Source: Squalus acanthias
Taxonomy: Eukaryota
Direction of reading: 5' to 3'
Length of the DNA: 64,000 nucleotides
Assembly (NCBI GenBank): GCA_030390025.1
Contig: CM059433.1
Span: forward strand, 5,952,001-6,016,000
Below, in pieces: positions 1 through 12,502 of the stretch (its first letter is position 1; every line of letters begins with the position of its first letter). The position numbers were made by a program, and so were the translations under genes. The notes beneath the pieces were generated by a model. That model ran no database searches and was not told the DNA's origin. It saw nothing but the letters and a program-made list of their open reading frames with translations.

Positions 1-271
1 ACTGAGAGGAGGAGGAATTTCTTCACCCAGAGAGTGGTGAACCTGTGGAATTCTCTACCACAGAAGGCAGTTGAGGCCAATTCATTAAATATCTTCAAGA
101 AGGAGTTAGATATATTTCTTAAGGCTAAGGGGATCAAGGGATATGGGGAGAAAGCAGGGACAGGGTACTGAATTTGGATGATCAGCCATGATCACATTGA
201 ATGGCGGAGCAGGCTCGAGGGGCCGAATGGCCTACTCCTGCTCCTATCTTCTATGTTTCTATGTTTCTATG
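1..271 (+). mobile_element. CR1 LINE copy B, 3' end (partial unit at window edge)
   Basis: ORF2 C-terminus (NFFTQRVVNLWNSLP...AGTGY*), 3'UTR GGCTCGAGGGGCCGAATGGCC and (TTCTATGT)n tail. Confidence 0.9.
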
Positions 272-1958
272 ACAGTCACTCTCACCTCACCTCTGGAATT
301 CAGCTCTTTTGTCCATGTTTGGACCAAGGCTGTAATGCGGTCAGGAGCCAAGTGGTCCTGACGGAAACCAAACTGGTCATCGGTGAGCTGGTTATTTGTG
401 CCTTTGTTAGTGCCGCTTGATAGCATTGTCGATGACAGCTTCCATCACTTTGCTGATGATGGAGAGATGGCTGATGGGATGGTAACGGGCTGTCGGATTA
501 GTCCAGCTTTTTGTGGACTGTACATACCTGGCCAATTTACCACTTTGTCGGGGAGATGCCAGTACGGGAACAGCTTGGATAGTGTTGCAGCTAGTTCTGG
601 ACACAGGTCTTCAGCACTGCAGCCGCGATGTTGTCAGAACCCATAGCCTTTGCTGTATCCAGTGCGCTGTACCGTTCTTGATATCACGTGGAGTGAAGTG
701 AATTAGCTGAAGACTGGCTTCTGTGATGGTGGGACCTCAGGAGCAGGCCGAGATGCATCATCCACTTGGCACTTGTGACTGAAGATGGTTGCGAAGGCTT
801 CAGCCTTGTCTTTTTCACTCAGGTGCTGTGCTCCGCCATCATTGAGGATGTGGATGTTCAAGGAGCCTCCTCCTCCCGTTAGTTGTTTAATTGTCCATCA
901 CCATTCCCGACTGGATGTGACAGGACTGCAGAGCTTTGATCTGATCCATTGGGTGTGGGATCGCTTAGCTCTGTCTATAGCACGCTGCCTCCGCTGTTTA
1001 ACATGCATATAGTCCTGTGTTGTAGCTTCACCAAGTTGGTTTCTGATTTTCTGATACACCTGGTGCAGCTCCTGGAATGCTCTTCAACACTCCTTATTGA
1101 ACCAGGGCTGGTTTGATGGTAATGGTAGAATGAGGGATATGCCGGGCCATGAGTTTACAGATTATGGTGGAATACAATTCTGTTGCTGCTGATGGCCCAC
1201 AGCGCCTCATGGATGCCCAGTTTTGAGCTGCTAGATGTGTTCTTAATCTATCCCATTTAGCACAGTGGTAGGGCACAGAACACGATGAAGGGGTGTCCTC
1301 AGTGACTCGGTAGTACCATGATTGACCAAGCTGGCTGAGTCCTGAAGGACATAGCAGCCAGACTGACTCACGGCAGGTGGTGAGAGAACAAACACGAGCC
1401 TCTACCGAGCAACACTTGGTGATGGACATTGAAGTCCCCCACCCAGAGTACATTCTGTGCACCAGCAGCCACAGTGCGCCGGAGGAGGAGGGAGTAAATG
1501 TTTAAGATGGTGGATGGGGGAGCTGATTAAGCGGCCTGCTTTCCCCTGGATTGTGTCGAGCTTCGTGAGTGTTGTTGGAGCTGCAACCGTCCAGGCAAGT
1601 GGAAAATATTCCATCGCACTCCTGACTTGTGCCTTGTAGGGGGTGGAAAGGCTTTGGGGAGTCAGGAGGTGGTGAGTCACTTGCGCAGAATACCCAGCAT
1701 CTGACTAGCGCTTGTAGGCACAGTATTTATTTGGCTGATCTAGTTAAGTTTTTGGTCAATGGTGACCCCCAGGATGTTGATGGTGGGGAATTCAATGATG
1801 GTAATGCCATTGACTGTCATGGGGAGGTGGTTAGACTCTCTCTTGTTGGAGATGGTCATTGTCTGGCACTTGTGTGTCACAAATGTTACTTGCCACTTAT
1901 CATCCCCAACCTGCATGTTGTCCAGGTCTTGCTGCACGTGGACACAGACTGCCTCATT
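272..1958 (-). mobile_element. Rearranged fragment of a second CR1/L2-group LINE family ('L'), unit 1
   Basis: Minus-strand remnants of RT (SIISKVME, KWQVTF, ILGVTIDQKLN, YKAQVRSAMEY) and APE endonuclease (WVGDFNVHH). Same family as 57851-59433. Contains an internal head-to-tail junction at ~1462. Confidence 0.85.
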
Positions 1959-2481
1959 GGGCCAAAAATTCGGCACTTGCCGGGTGAGTACGCGCTGTGT
2001 ACTCACCCGTAAGGCCTCCTGAAGTGCCGGTTTCCTGCATGCACTGCGCATGCGCGGGAAACTGGAACTTCCGGTCTCGTGAAGGGAGGGGTTCAGAGGT
2101 GAACCGCGTGCACGGGAGAGGCTGCGCGCACGCAGGGAACTTCGTTTTTTTTCAGGTTTCTCCGGGAAGGTAAGTATGGAAGAAGCTGCACTTTTAAAAA
2201 GGAGGCGCAGGACTCGTTTTTAACAAGGTAAGTGGTTACTTAATTACAATTAAAAAAAATTTCAACAGGTTTATCTTTTTTAGATAGTTTAAAGAAAGGT
2301 AAGTTTATTTTTAGCACTCTTAAAAAGTATTTTAATTTTTTCAAAAATTTAAATTTTTGTTTTAAGTAGTTAATTTATTTAACTTAAAGTTATTTTAAAA
2401 ATGTGATGGTTTAAAAAAAATGTATTTGAAGTTTAGGTGTTGTTTTGGGGCCGATTTCAATTCATAGATTTGACAGGTCTT
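1959..2481. mobile_element. Left part of non-autonomous TIR DNA element (PIF/Harbinger-like MITE), unit 1
   Basis: Matches the 5' ~525 bp of the complete element at 45126-45891. Begins GGGCCAAAAATT and is truncated at a palindrome apex by CR1-A. Confidence 0.7.
2045..2304 (+). promoter_or_regulatory. CpG-rich promoter-like cassette with three consensus 5' splice sites (present in every unit)
   Basis: TGCGCATGCGC (NRF1-type, 2045-2055), ACTTCCGG (ETS-type, 2067-2074) and AAG|GTAAGT at 2170, 2228 and 2299. Motif evidence only. Confidence 0.4.
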
Positions 2482-3579
2482 GGTTGGCGGACAGAAAGCA
2501 GAGAGTAGGAATTAATGGGTCTTTTTCCGAATGGCAAGTAGTGACTAGTGGGGTACCGCAGGGATCGGTCCTTGGACCCCAGCTATTCACAATATACATT
2601 AATGATCTAGATAAGGGAACTAAATGTAATATCTCCAAGTTTGCAGATGACACAAAGCTGGGTGGGAGTGTGTGCTGCGAGGAGGATACCGAGAAACTCC
2701 AGGATGATTTGGACAGGTTGGGTGATTGGGCAGAAGTGTGGCAGATGCAATATAACGTGGATAAATGCGAGGTTATCCACTTTGGTGTCAAAAACAGAAA
2801 GGCAGACTATTATCTGAATGGCAATAGATTGGGAGAAGGGGAAGTGCAACGAGACCTGGGTGTCCTTGTGCACCAGTCGCTGAAAGTAAGCATGCAGGTG
2901 CAGCAGGCGGTGAAGAAGGCAAATGGTATGTTGGCCTTCATAGCGAAAGGGTTTGAGTATAGGAACAGGGATGTCCTGCTGCAGTTGTACAGGGCCTTGG
3001 TGAGACCACACCTTGAGTACTGTGTGCAGTTTTGGTCGCCTTATCTGAGGAAGGATGTTCTTGCCATGGAGGAGTTCAGCGAAGATTCACAAGGCTGATA
3101 CCTGGGATGGCAGGAATGACATATGAGGAGAGATTGGGTCGATTGGGCTTATACTCGCTGGAGTATAGAAGAATGAGAGGGGATCTCATCGAAACATATA
3201 AAATTCTGACAGGTCTGGACAAACTAGATGCAGGAAGAATGTTCCCGATGGTCGGAGAGTCCAGAACCAGGGGTCATAATCTAAGGATAAGGGGTAAGCC
3301 ATTTAGGACAGAAATGAGGAAGAATTTCTTCACCCAGAGAGTGGTGAACCTGTGGAATTCTCTACCACAGAAGGTAGTTGAGGCCAAGTCATTAAATATA
3401 TTCAAGAATGAGTTAGATATATTTCTTAAAGCTAAAGGTATCAAGGGATATGGGGAGAAGGCAGGTACAGGGTACTGAGTTTGGATGATCAGCCATGATC
3501 TCATCGAATGGCGGAGCAGGCTCGAGGGGCCGAATGGCCTACTCCTGCTCCTATCTTCTATGTTTCTATGTTTCTATGT
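2482..3579 (+). mobile_element. 5'-truncated CR1 LINE copy A, unit 1 (RT C-terminal half; 1-bp frameshift at ~3071)
   Basis: [37 protein letters not shown] motifs; CR1 3'UTR and (TTCTATGT)3 tail. Confidence 0.93.
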
Positions 3580-5283
3580 CTTCACAAAGGAGGACACAAA
3601 TAACCTCCCAGAGATGTCGGGGAACATAGGGTCTAATGAGAGGGAGGAACTGAATGAAATCAGTATTTGTAGGGAAATGGTATAAGGGAAATTGACGGGA
3701 TTGAAGGCCGATAAATCCCCAGGGCCTGATAATCTACATCCTAGGGTACTTAAGGAAGTGGCCCTAGAAATAGTAGATGCATTGCTGGTCATCTTCCAAA
3801 CTTCTATAGACTCTGGAACAGTTCCCATGGATTGGAGGGTAGCTAATGTAACCCCACTATTTAAAAGAGGTGGTAGAGAGAAAATGGGGAATTATAGACC
3901 GGTAAGCCTGACATCGGTAGTGGGGAAAATGCTAGAGTCCATTATAAAAGATGTAATAGCAGAGCACTTGGAAAACAGTGACAGGATCGGACAAAGTCAA
4001 CATGGATTTACAAAAGGTAAATCATGCTTGACTAATCTACAGGGTGTAACTGGTAGAATAGATAAGGGAGAACCAGTACACGTGGTGTATTTGGACTTTC
4101 AGAAGGCTTTCGATAAGGTCCCGCATAAGAGATTAGCGTGCAAAGTTAAAGCACATGGGATTGGTGGGGGTAAGGTACTGACTTGGATAGAAAACTGGTT
4201 GGCAGACAGGAAGCAAAGAGTTGGAATAAACGGGTCTTTTTCCGAGTGGCAGGCAGTGACTAGTGGGGTACCGCAGGGATCGGTGCTAGGACCCCAGCTA
4301 TTCACAATATATATTAATGATCTAGACGAGGGAACTAGATGTAATATCTCCAAGTTTGCAGACAACACAAAGCTGGGTGGGCGTATGTGCTGTGAGGAGG
4401 TTGCAGAGAAACTGCAGTATGATTTGGACAGGTTGGGTGATTGGGCAGATGCATGGCAGATGCATGGATAAATGCGAGGATATCCACTTTGGTGGCAAAA
4501 ACAGGAAGGCACATTATCTGAACGGCAATAGATTGGGAAAAGGGGAAGTGTAACGAGACCTGCGTGTCCTTGTGCACCAGTCGCTGAAGGTAAGCATGCA
4601 GGTGCAGCAGGCGGTTAAGAAGGCAAATGGTATGTTGGCCTTCATAGCGAGAGGATTCGAGTACAGGAGCAAGGATGTCTTGCTGCAGTTGTACAGGGCC
4701 TTGGTGAGACCACACCTTGAGTATTGTGTGCAGTTTTGGTCGCCTTATCTGAGGAAGGATGCTCTTGCCATGGAGGGAGTGCAGCGAAGATTCACCAGAC
4801 TGATACCTGGGATGGCAGGAATGACGTATGAAGAGAGATTGGGTCGATTAGGCTTATATTCGCTAGAGTTTAGAAGAATGAGAGGGGATCTCATTGAAAC
4901 TTATAAAATTCTAACAGGACTAGACAGACTAGATGCAGGAAGGCTGTTCCCGATGGCGGGGGAGTCCAGAACCAAGGGTCACAGTCTAAGGATAAGGGGT
5001 AAGCCATTTAGGACTGAGAGGAGGAGGAATTTCTTCACCCAGAGAGTGGTGAACCTGTGGAATTCTCTACCACAGAAGGCAGTTGAGGCCAATTCATTAA
5101 ATATCTTCAAGAAGGAGTTAGATATATTTCTTAAGGCTAAGGGGATCAAGGGATATGGGGAGAAAGCAGGGACAGGGTACTGAATTTGGATGATCAGCCA
5201 TGATCACATTGAATGGCGGAGCAGGCTCGAGGGGCCGAATGGCCTACTCCTGCTCCTATCTTCTATGTTTCTATGTTTCTATG
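3580..5283 (+). mobile_element. CR1 LINE copy B, unit 1 (defective RT: stops, deletions, FADN)
   Basis: [49 protein letters not shown] stops at 3683 and 4551. CR1 tail. Confidence 0.93.
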
Positions 5284-6970
5284 ACAGTCACTCTCACCTC
5301 ACCTCTGGAATTCAGCTCTTTTGTCCATGTTTGGACCAAGGCTGTAATGCGGTCAGGAGCCAAGTGGTCCTGACGGAAACCAAACTGGTCATCGGTGAGC
5401 TGGTTATTTGTGCCTTTGTTAGTGCCGCTTGATAGCATTGTCGATGACAGCTTCCATCACTTTGCTGATGATGGAGAGATGGCTGATGGGATGGTAACGG
5501 GCTGTCGGATTAGTCCAGCTTTTTGTGGACTGTACATACCTGGCCAATTTACCACTTTGTCGGGGAGATGCCAGTACGGGAACAGCTTGGATAGTGTTGC
5601 AGCTAGTTCTGGACACAGGTCTTCAGCACTGCAGCCGCGATGTTGTCAGAACCCATAGCCTTTGCTGTATCCAGTGCGCTGTACCGTTCTTGATATCACG
5701 TGGAGTGAAGTGAATTAGCTGAAGACTGGCTTCTGTGAGGGTGGGACCTCAGGAGCAGGCCGAGATGCATCATCCACTTGGCACTTGTGACTGAAGATGG
5801 TTGCGAAGGCTTCAGCCTTGTCTTTTTCACTCAGGTGCTGTGCTCCGCCATCATTGAGGATGTGGATGTTCAAGGAGCCTCCTCCTCCCGTTAGTTGTTT
5901 AATTGTCCATCACCATTCCCGACTGGATGTGACAGGACTGCAGAGCTTTGATCTGATCCATTGGGTGTGGGATCGCTTAGCTCTGTCTATAGCACGCTGC
6001 CTCCGCTGTTTAACATGCATATAGTCCTGTGTTGTAGCTTCACCAAGTTGGTTTCTGATTTTCTGATACACCTGGTGCAGCTCCTGGAATGCTCTTCAAC
6101 ACTCCTTATTGAACCAGGGCTGGTTTGATGGTAATGGTAGAATGAGGGATATGCCGGGCCATGAGTTTACAGATTATGGTGGAATACAATTCTGTTGCTG
6201 CTGATGGCCCACAGCGCCTCATGGATGCCCAGTTTTGAGCTGCTAGATGTGTTCTTAATCTATCCCATTTAGCACAGTGGTAGGGCACAGAACACGATGA
6301 AGGGGTGTCCTCAGTGACTCGGTAGTACCATGATTGACCAAGCTGGCTGAGTCCTGAAGGACATAGCAGCCAGACTGACTCACGGCAGGTGGTGAGAGAA
6401 CAAACACGAGCCTCTACCGAGCAACACTTGGTGATGGACATTGAAGTCCCCCACCCAGAGTACATTCTGTGCACCAGCAGCCACAGTGCGCCGGAGGAGG
6501 AGGGAGTAAATGTTTAAGATGGTGGATGGGGGAGCTGATTAAGCGGCCTGCTTTCCCCTGGATTGTGTCGAGCTTCGTGAGTGTTGTTGGAGCTGCAACC
6601 GTCCAGGCAAGTGGAGAATATTCCATCGCACTCCTGACTTGTGCCTTGTAGGGGGTGGAAAGGCTTTGGGGAGTCAGGAGGTGGTGAGTCACTTGCGCAG
6701 AATACCCAGCATCTGACTAGCGCTTGTAGGCACAGTATTTATTTGGCTGATCTAGTTAAGTTTTTGGTCAATGGTGACCCCCAGGATGTTGATGGTGGGG
6801 AATTCAATGATGGTAATGCCATTGACTGTCATGGGGAGGTGGTTAGACTCTCTCTTGTTGGAGATGGTCATTGTCTGGCACTTGTGTGTCACAAATGTTA
6901 CTTGCCACTTATCATCCCCAACCTGCATGTTGTCCAGGTCTTGCTGCACGTGGACACAGACTGCCTCATT
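5284..6970 (-). mobile_element. LINE family L fragment, unit 2
   Basis: Near-identical to 272-1958. Confidence 0.85.
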
Positions 6971-7495
6971 GGGCCAAAAATTCGGCACTTGCCGGGTGAG
7001 TACGCGCTGTGTACTCACCCGTAAGGCCTCCTGAAGTGCCGGTTTCCTGCATGCACTGCGCATGCGCGGGAAACTGGAACTTCCGGTCTCGTGAAGGGAG
7101 GGGTTCAGAGGTGAACCGCGTGCACGGGAGAGGCTGCGCGCACGCAGGGAACTTAGGTTTTTTTTCAGGTTTCTCCGGGAAGGTAAGTATGGAAGAAGCT
7201 GCGCTTTTAAAAAGGAGGCGCAGGACCCGTTTTTAACAAGGTAAGTGGTTAATTAATTACAATTAAAAAAAATTTCAACAGGTTTATCTTTTTTAGATAC
7301 TTTAAAGAAAGGTAAGTTTATTTTTAGCACTCTTAAAAAGTATTTTAATTTTTTCAAAAATTTAAATTTTTGTTTTAAGTAGTTAATTTATTTAACTTAT
7401 AGTTATTTTAAAAATGTGATGGTTTTTTAAAAAATGTATTTGAAGTTTAGGTGTTGTTTTGGGGCCGATTTCAATTCATAGATTTGACAGGTCTT
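6971..7495. mobile_element. TIR element left part, unit 2
   Basis: Near-identical to 1959-2481. Confidence 0.7.
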
Positions 7496-8594
7496 GGTTG
7501 GCGGACAGAAAGCAGAGAGTAGGAATTAATGGGTCTTTTTCCGAATGGCAAGTAGTGACTAGTGGGGTACCGCAGGGATCGGTCCTTGGACCCCAGCTAT
7601 TCACAATATACATTAATGATCTAGATAAGGGAACTAAATGTAATATCTCCAAGTTTGCAGATGACACAAAGCTGGGTGGGAGTGTGTGCTGCGAGGAGGA
7701 TACCGAGAAACTCCAGGATGATTTGGACAGGTTGGGTGATTGGGCAGAAGTGTGGCAGATGCAATATAACGTGGATAAATGCGAGGTTATCCACTTTGGT
7801 GTCAAAAACAGAAAGGCAGACTATTATCTGAATGGCAATAGATTGGGAGAAGGGGAAGTGCAACGAGACCTGGGTGTCCTTGTGCACCAGTCGCTGAAAG
7901 TAAGCATGCAGGTGCAGCAGGCGGTGAAGAAGGCAAATGGTATGTTGGCCTTCATAGCGAAAGGGTTTGAGTATAGGAACAGGGATGTCCTGCTGCAGTT
8001 GTACAGGGCCTTGGTGAGACCACACCTTGAGTACTGTGTGCAGTTTTGGTCGCCTTATCTGAGGAAGGATGTTCTTGCCATGGAAGGAGTTCAGCGAAGA
8101 TTCACAAGGCTGATACCTGGGATGGCAGGAATGACATATGAGGAGAGATTGGGTCGATTGGGCTTATACTCGCTGGAGTATAGAAGAATGAGAGGGGATC
8201 TCATCGAAACATATAAAATTCTGACAGGTCTGGACAAACTAGATGCAGGAAGAATGTTCCCGATGGTCGGAGAGTCCAGAACCAGGGGTCATAATCTAAG
8301 GATAAGGGGTAAGCCATTTAGGACAGAAATGAGGAAGAATTTCTTCACCCAGAGAGTGGTGAACCTGTGGAATTCTCTACCACAGAAGGTAGTTGAGGCC
8401 AAGTCATTAAATATATTCAAGAATGAGTTAGATATATTTCTTAAAGCTAAAGGTATCAAGGGATATGGGGAGAAGGCAGGTACAGGGTACTGAGTTTGGA
8501 TGATCAGCCATGATCTCATCGAATGGCGGAGCAGGCTCGAGGGGCCGAATGGCCTACTCCTGCTCCTATCTTCTATGTTTCTATGTTTCTATGT
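7496..8594 (+). mobile_element. CR1 copy A, unit 2 (uninterrupted RT C-terminal frame, stop at 8493)
   Basis: ORF 7459-8493 with QGSVLGP and FADD motifs; CR1 tail. Confidence 0.93.
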
Positions 8595-10289
8595 CTTCAC
8601 AAAGGAGGACACAAATAACCTCCCAGAGATGTCGGGGAACATAGGGTCTAATGAGAGGGAGGAACTGAATGAAATCAGTATTTGTAGGGAAATGGTATAA
8701 GGGAAATTGACGGGATTGAAGGCCGATAAATCCCCAGGGCCTGATAATCTACATCCTAGGGTACTTAAGGAAGTGGCCCTAGAAATAGTAGATGCATTGC
8801 TGGTCATCTTCCAAACTTCTATAGACTCTGGAACAGTTCCCATGGATTGGAGGGTAGCTAATGTAACCCCACTATTTAAAAGAGGTGGTAGAGAGAAAAT
8901 GGGGAATTATAGACCGGTAAGCCTGACATCGGTAGTGGGGAAAATGCTAGAGTCCATTATAAAAGATGTAATAGCAGAGCACTTGGAAAACAGTGACAGG
9001 ATCGGACAAAGTCAACATGGATTTACAAAAGGTAAATCATGCTTGACTAATCTACAGGGTGTAACTGGTAGAATAGATAAGGGAGAACCAGTACACGTGG
9101 TGTATTTGGACTTTCAGAAGGCTTTCGATAAGGTCCCGCATAAGAGATTAGCGTGCAAAGTTAAAGCACATGGGATTGGTGGGGGTAAGGTACTGACTTG
9201 GATAGAAACTGGTTGGCAGACAGGAAGCAAAGAGTTGGAATAAACGGGTCTTTTTCCGAGTGGCAGGCAGTGACTAGTGGGGTACCGCAGGGATCGGTGC
9301 TAGGACCCCAGCTATTCACAATATATATTAATGATCTAGACGAGGGAACTAGATGTAATATCTCCAAGTTTGCAGACAACACAAAGCTGGGTGGGCGTAT
9401 GTGCTGTGAGGAGGTTGCAGAGAAACTGCAGTATGATTTGGACAGGTTGGGTGATTGGGCAGATGCATGGCAGATGCATGGATAAATGCGAGGATATCCA
9501 CTTTGGTGGCAAAAACAGGAAGGCACATTATCTGAACGGCAATAGATTGGGAAAAGGGGAAGTGTAACGAGACCTGCGTGTCCTTGTGCACCAGTCGCTG
9601 AAGGTAAGCATGCAGGTGCAGCAGGCGGTTAAGAAGGCAAATGGTATGTTGGCCTTCATAGCGAGAGGATTCGAGTACAGGAGCAAGGATGTCTTGCTGC
9701 AGTTGTACAGGGCCTTGGTGAGACCACACCTTGAGTATTGTGTGCAGTTTTGGTCGCCTTATCTGAGGAAGGATGCTCTTGCCATGGAGGGAGTGCAGCG
9801 AAGATTCACCAGACTGATACCTGGGATGGCAGGAATGACGTATGAAGAGAGATTGGGTCGATTAGGCTTATATTCGCTAGAGTTTAGAAGAATGAGAGGG
9901 GATCTCATTGAAACTTATAAAATTCTAACAGGACTAGACAGACTAGATGCAGGAAGGCTGTTCCCGATGGCGGGGGAGTCCAGAACCAAGGGTCACAGTC
10001 TAAGGATAAGGGGTAAGCCATTTAGGACTGAGAGGAGGAGGAATTTCTTCACCCAGAGAGTGGTGAACCTGTGGAATTCTCTACCACAGAAGGCAGTTGA
10101 GGCCAATTCATTAAATATATTCAAGAAGGAGTTAGATATATTTCTTAAGGCTAAGGGGATCAAGGGATATGGGGAGAAAGCAGGGACAGGGTACTGAATT
10201 TGGATGATCAGCCATGATCACATTGAATGGCGGAGCAGGCTCGAGGGGCCGAATGGCCTACTCCTGCTCCTATCTTCTATGTTTCTATG
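8595..10289 (+). mobile_element. CR1 copy B, unit 2
   Basis: Same lesions as 3580-5283; tail has two repeats. Confidence 0.93.
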
Positions 10290-11976
10290 ACAGTCACTCT
10301 CACCTCACCTCTGGAATTCAGCTCTTTTGTCCATGTTTGGACCAAGGCTGTAATGCGGTCAGGAGCCAAGTGGTCCTGACGGAAACCAAACTGGTCATCG
10401 GTGAGCTGGTTATTTGTGCCTTTGTTAGTGCCGCTTGATAGCATTGTCGATGACAGCTTCCATCACTTTGCTGATGATGGAGAGATGGCTGATGGGATGG
10501 TAACGGGCTGTCGGATTAGTCCAGCTTTTTGTGGACTGTACATACCTGGCCAATTTACCACTTTGTCGGGGAGATGCCAGTACGGGAACAGCTTGGATAG
10601 TGTTGCAGCTAGTTCTGGACACAGGTCTTCAGCACTGCAGCCGCGATGTTGTCAGAACCCATAGCCTTTGCTGTATCCAGTGCGCTGTACCGTTCTTGAT
10701 ATCACGTGGAGTGAAGTGAATTAGCTGAAGACTGGCTTCTGTGAGGGTGGGACCTCAGGAGCAGGCCGAGATGCATCATCCACTTGGCACTTGTGACTGA
10801 AGATGGTTGCGAAGGCTTCAGCCTTGTCTTTTTCACTCAGGTGCTGTGCTCCGCCATCATTGAGGATGTGGATGTTCAAGGAGCCTCCTCCTCCCGTTAG
10901 TTGTTTAATTGTCCATCACCATTCCCGACTGGATGTGACAGGACTGCAGAGCTTTGATCTGATCCATTGGGTGTGGGATCGCTTAGCTCTGTCTATAGCA
11001 CGCTGCCTCCGCTGTTTAACATGCATATAGTCCTGTGTTGTAGCTTCACCAAGTTGGTTTCTGATTTTCTGATACACCTGGTGCAGCTCCTGGAATGCTC
11101 TTCAACACTCCTTATTGAACCAGGGCTGGTTTGATGGTAATGGTAGAATGAGGGATATGCCGGGCCATGAGTTTACAGATTATGGTGGAATACAATTCTG
11201 TTGCTGCTGATGGCCCACAGCGCCTCATGGATGCCCAGTTTTGAGCTGCTAGATGTGTTCTTAATCTATCCCATTTAGCACAGTGGTAGGGCACACAACA
11301 CGATGAAGGGGTGTCCTCAGTGACTCGGTAGTACCATGATTGACCAAGCTGGCTGAGTCCTGAAGGACATAGCAGCCAGACTGACTCACGGCAGGTGGTG
11401 AGAGAACAAACACGAGCCTCTACCGAGCAACACTTGGTGATGGACATTGAAGTCCCCCACCCAGAGTACATTCTGTGCACCAGCAGCCACAGTGCGCCGG
11501 AGGAGGAGGGAGTAAATGTTTAAGATGGTGGATGGGGGAGCTGATTAAGCGGCCTGCTTTCCCCTGGATTGTGTCGAGCTTCGTGTGTGTTGTTGGAGCT
11601 GCAACCGTCCAGGCAAGTGGAAAATATTCCATCGCACTCCTGACTTGTGCCTTGTAGGGGGTGGAAAGGCTTTGGGGAGTCAGGAGCTGGTGAGTCACTT
11701 GCGCAGAATACCCAGCATCTGACTAGCGCTTGTAGGCACAGTATTTATTTGGCTGATCTAGTTAAGTTTTTGGTCAATGGTGACCCCCAGGATGTTGATG
11801 GTGGGGAATTCAATGATGGTAATGCCATTGACTGTCATGGGGAGGTGGTTAGACTCTCTCTTGTTGGAGATGGTCATTGTCTGGCACTTGTGTGTCACAA
11901 ATGTTACTTGCCACTTATCATCCCCAACCTGCATGTTGTCCAGGTCTTGCTGCACGTGGACACAGACTGCCTCATT
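10290..11976 (-). mobile_element. LINE family L fragment, unit 3
   Basis: Near-identical to 272-1958. Confidence 0.85.
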
Positions 11977-12502
11977 GGGCCAAAAATTCGGCACTTGCCG
12001 GGTGAGTACGCGCTGTGTACTCACCCGTAAGGCCTCCTGAAGTGCCGGTTTCCTGCATGCACTGCGCATGCGCGGGAAACTGGAACTTCCGGTCTCGTGA
12101 AGGGAGGGGTTCAGAGGTGAACCGCGTGCACGGGAGAGGCTGCGCGCACGCAGGGAATTTGGTTTTTTTTTTCAGGTTTCTCCGGGAAGGTAAGTATGGA
12201 AGAAGCTGCGCTTTTAAAAAGGAGGCGCAGGACCCGTTTTTAACAAGGTAAGTGGTTAATTAATTACAATTAAAAAAAATTTCAACAGGTTTATCTTTTT
12301 TAGATACTTTAAAGAAAGGTAAGTTTATTTTTAGCACTCTTAAAAAGTATTTTAATTTTTTCAAAAATTTAAATTTTTGTTTTAAGTAGTTAATTTATTT
12401 AACTGATAGTTATTTTAAAAATGTGATGGTTTTTTAAAAAATGTATTTGAAGTTTAGGTGTTGTTTTGGGGCCGATTTCAATTCATAGATTTGACAGGTC
12501 TT
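11977..12502. mobile_element. TIR element left part, unit 3
   Basis: Near-identical to 1959-2481. Confidence 0.7.

Noticed and set aside
249..271. (TTCTATGT)n as a CRISPR-like or independent microsatellite
   Set aside because: This is the standard 8-bp CR1 3' terminal repeat; 2 versus 3 copies is slippage, and there are no spacers.
178..2051. Numerous short ORFs repeated in each unit
   Set aside because: They are antisense or off-frame shadows of LINE sequence, many with non-ATG starts; recurrence reflects the tandem repeat, not conservation.
3065..3075. Unit-specific 1-bp frameshifts (also ~9206 and ~43330)
   Set aside because: Single-base losses in short homopolymer runs; they cannot be distinguished from sequencing or consensus error.
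2039..3478. Spliced MITE-CR1 fusion protein gene
   Set aside because: The frame upstream of the first donor varies between units with T-run length. In the common form the donor is phase 0 while the acceptors before CR1-A are phase 2, so there is no conserved coding fusion.
3692..4471. Bacterial RT system (retron, DGR, group II intron)
   Set aside because: The motifs, APE endonuclease remnants and 3' tails are those of vertebrate CR1-group LINEs.
2482..5283. Self-targeting tandem retrotransposon array (HeT-A/TART-like)
   Set aside because: All units share identical truncation points and inactivating mutations, which indicates DNA-level duplication rather than independent insertions.
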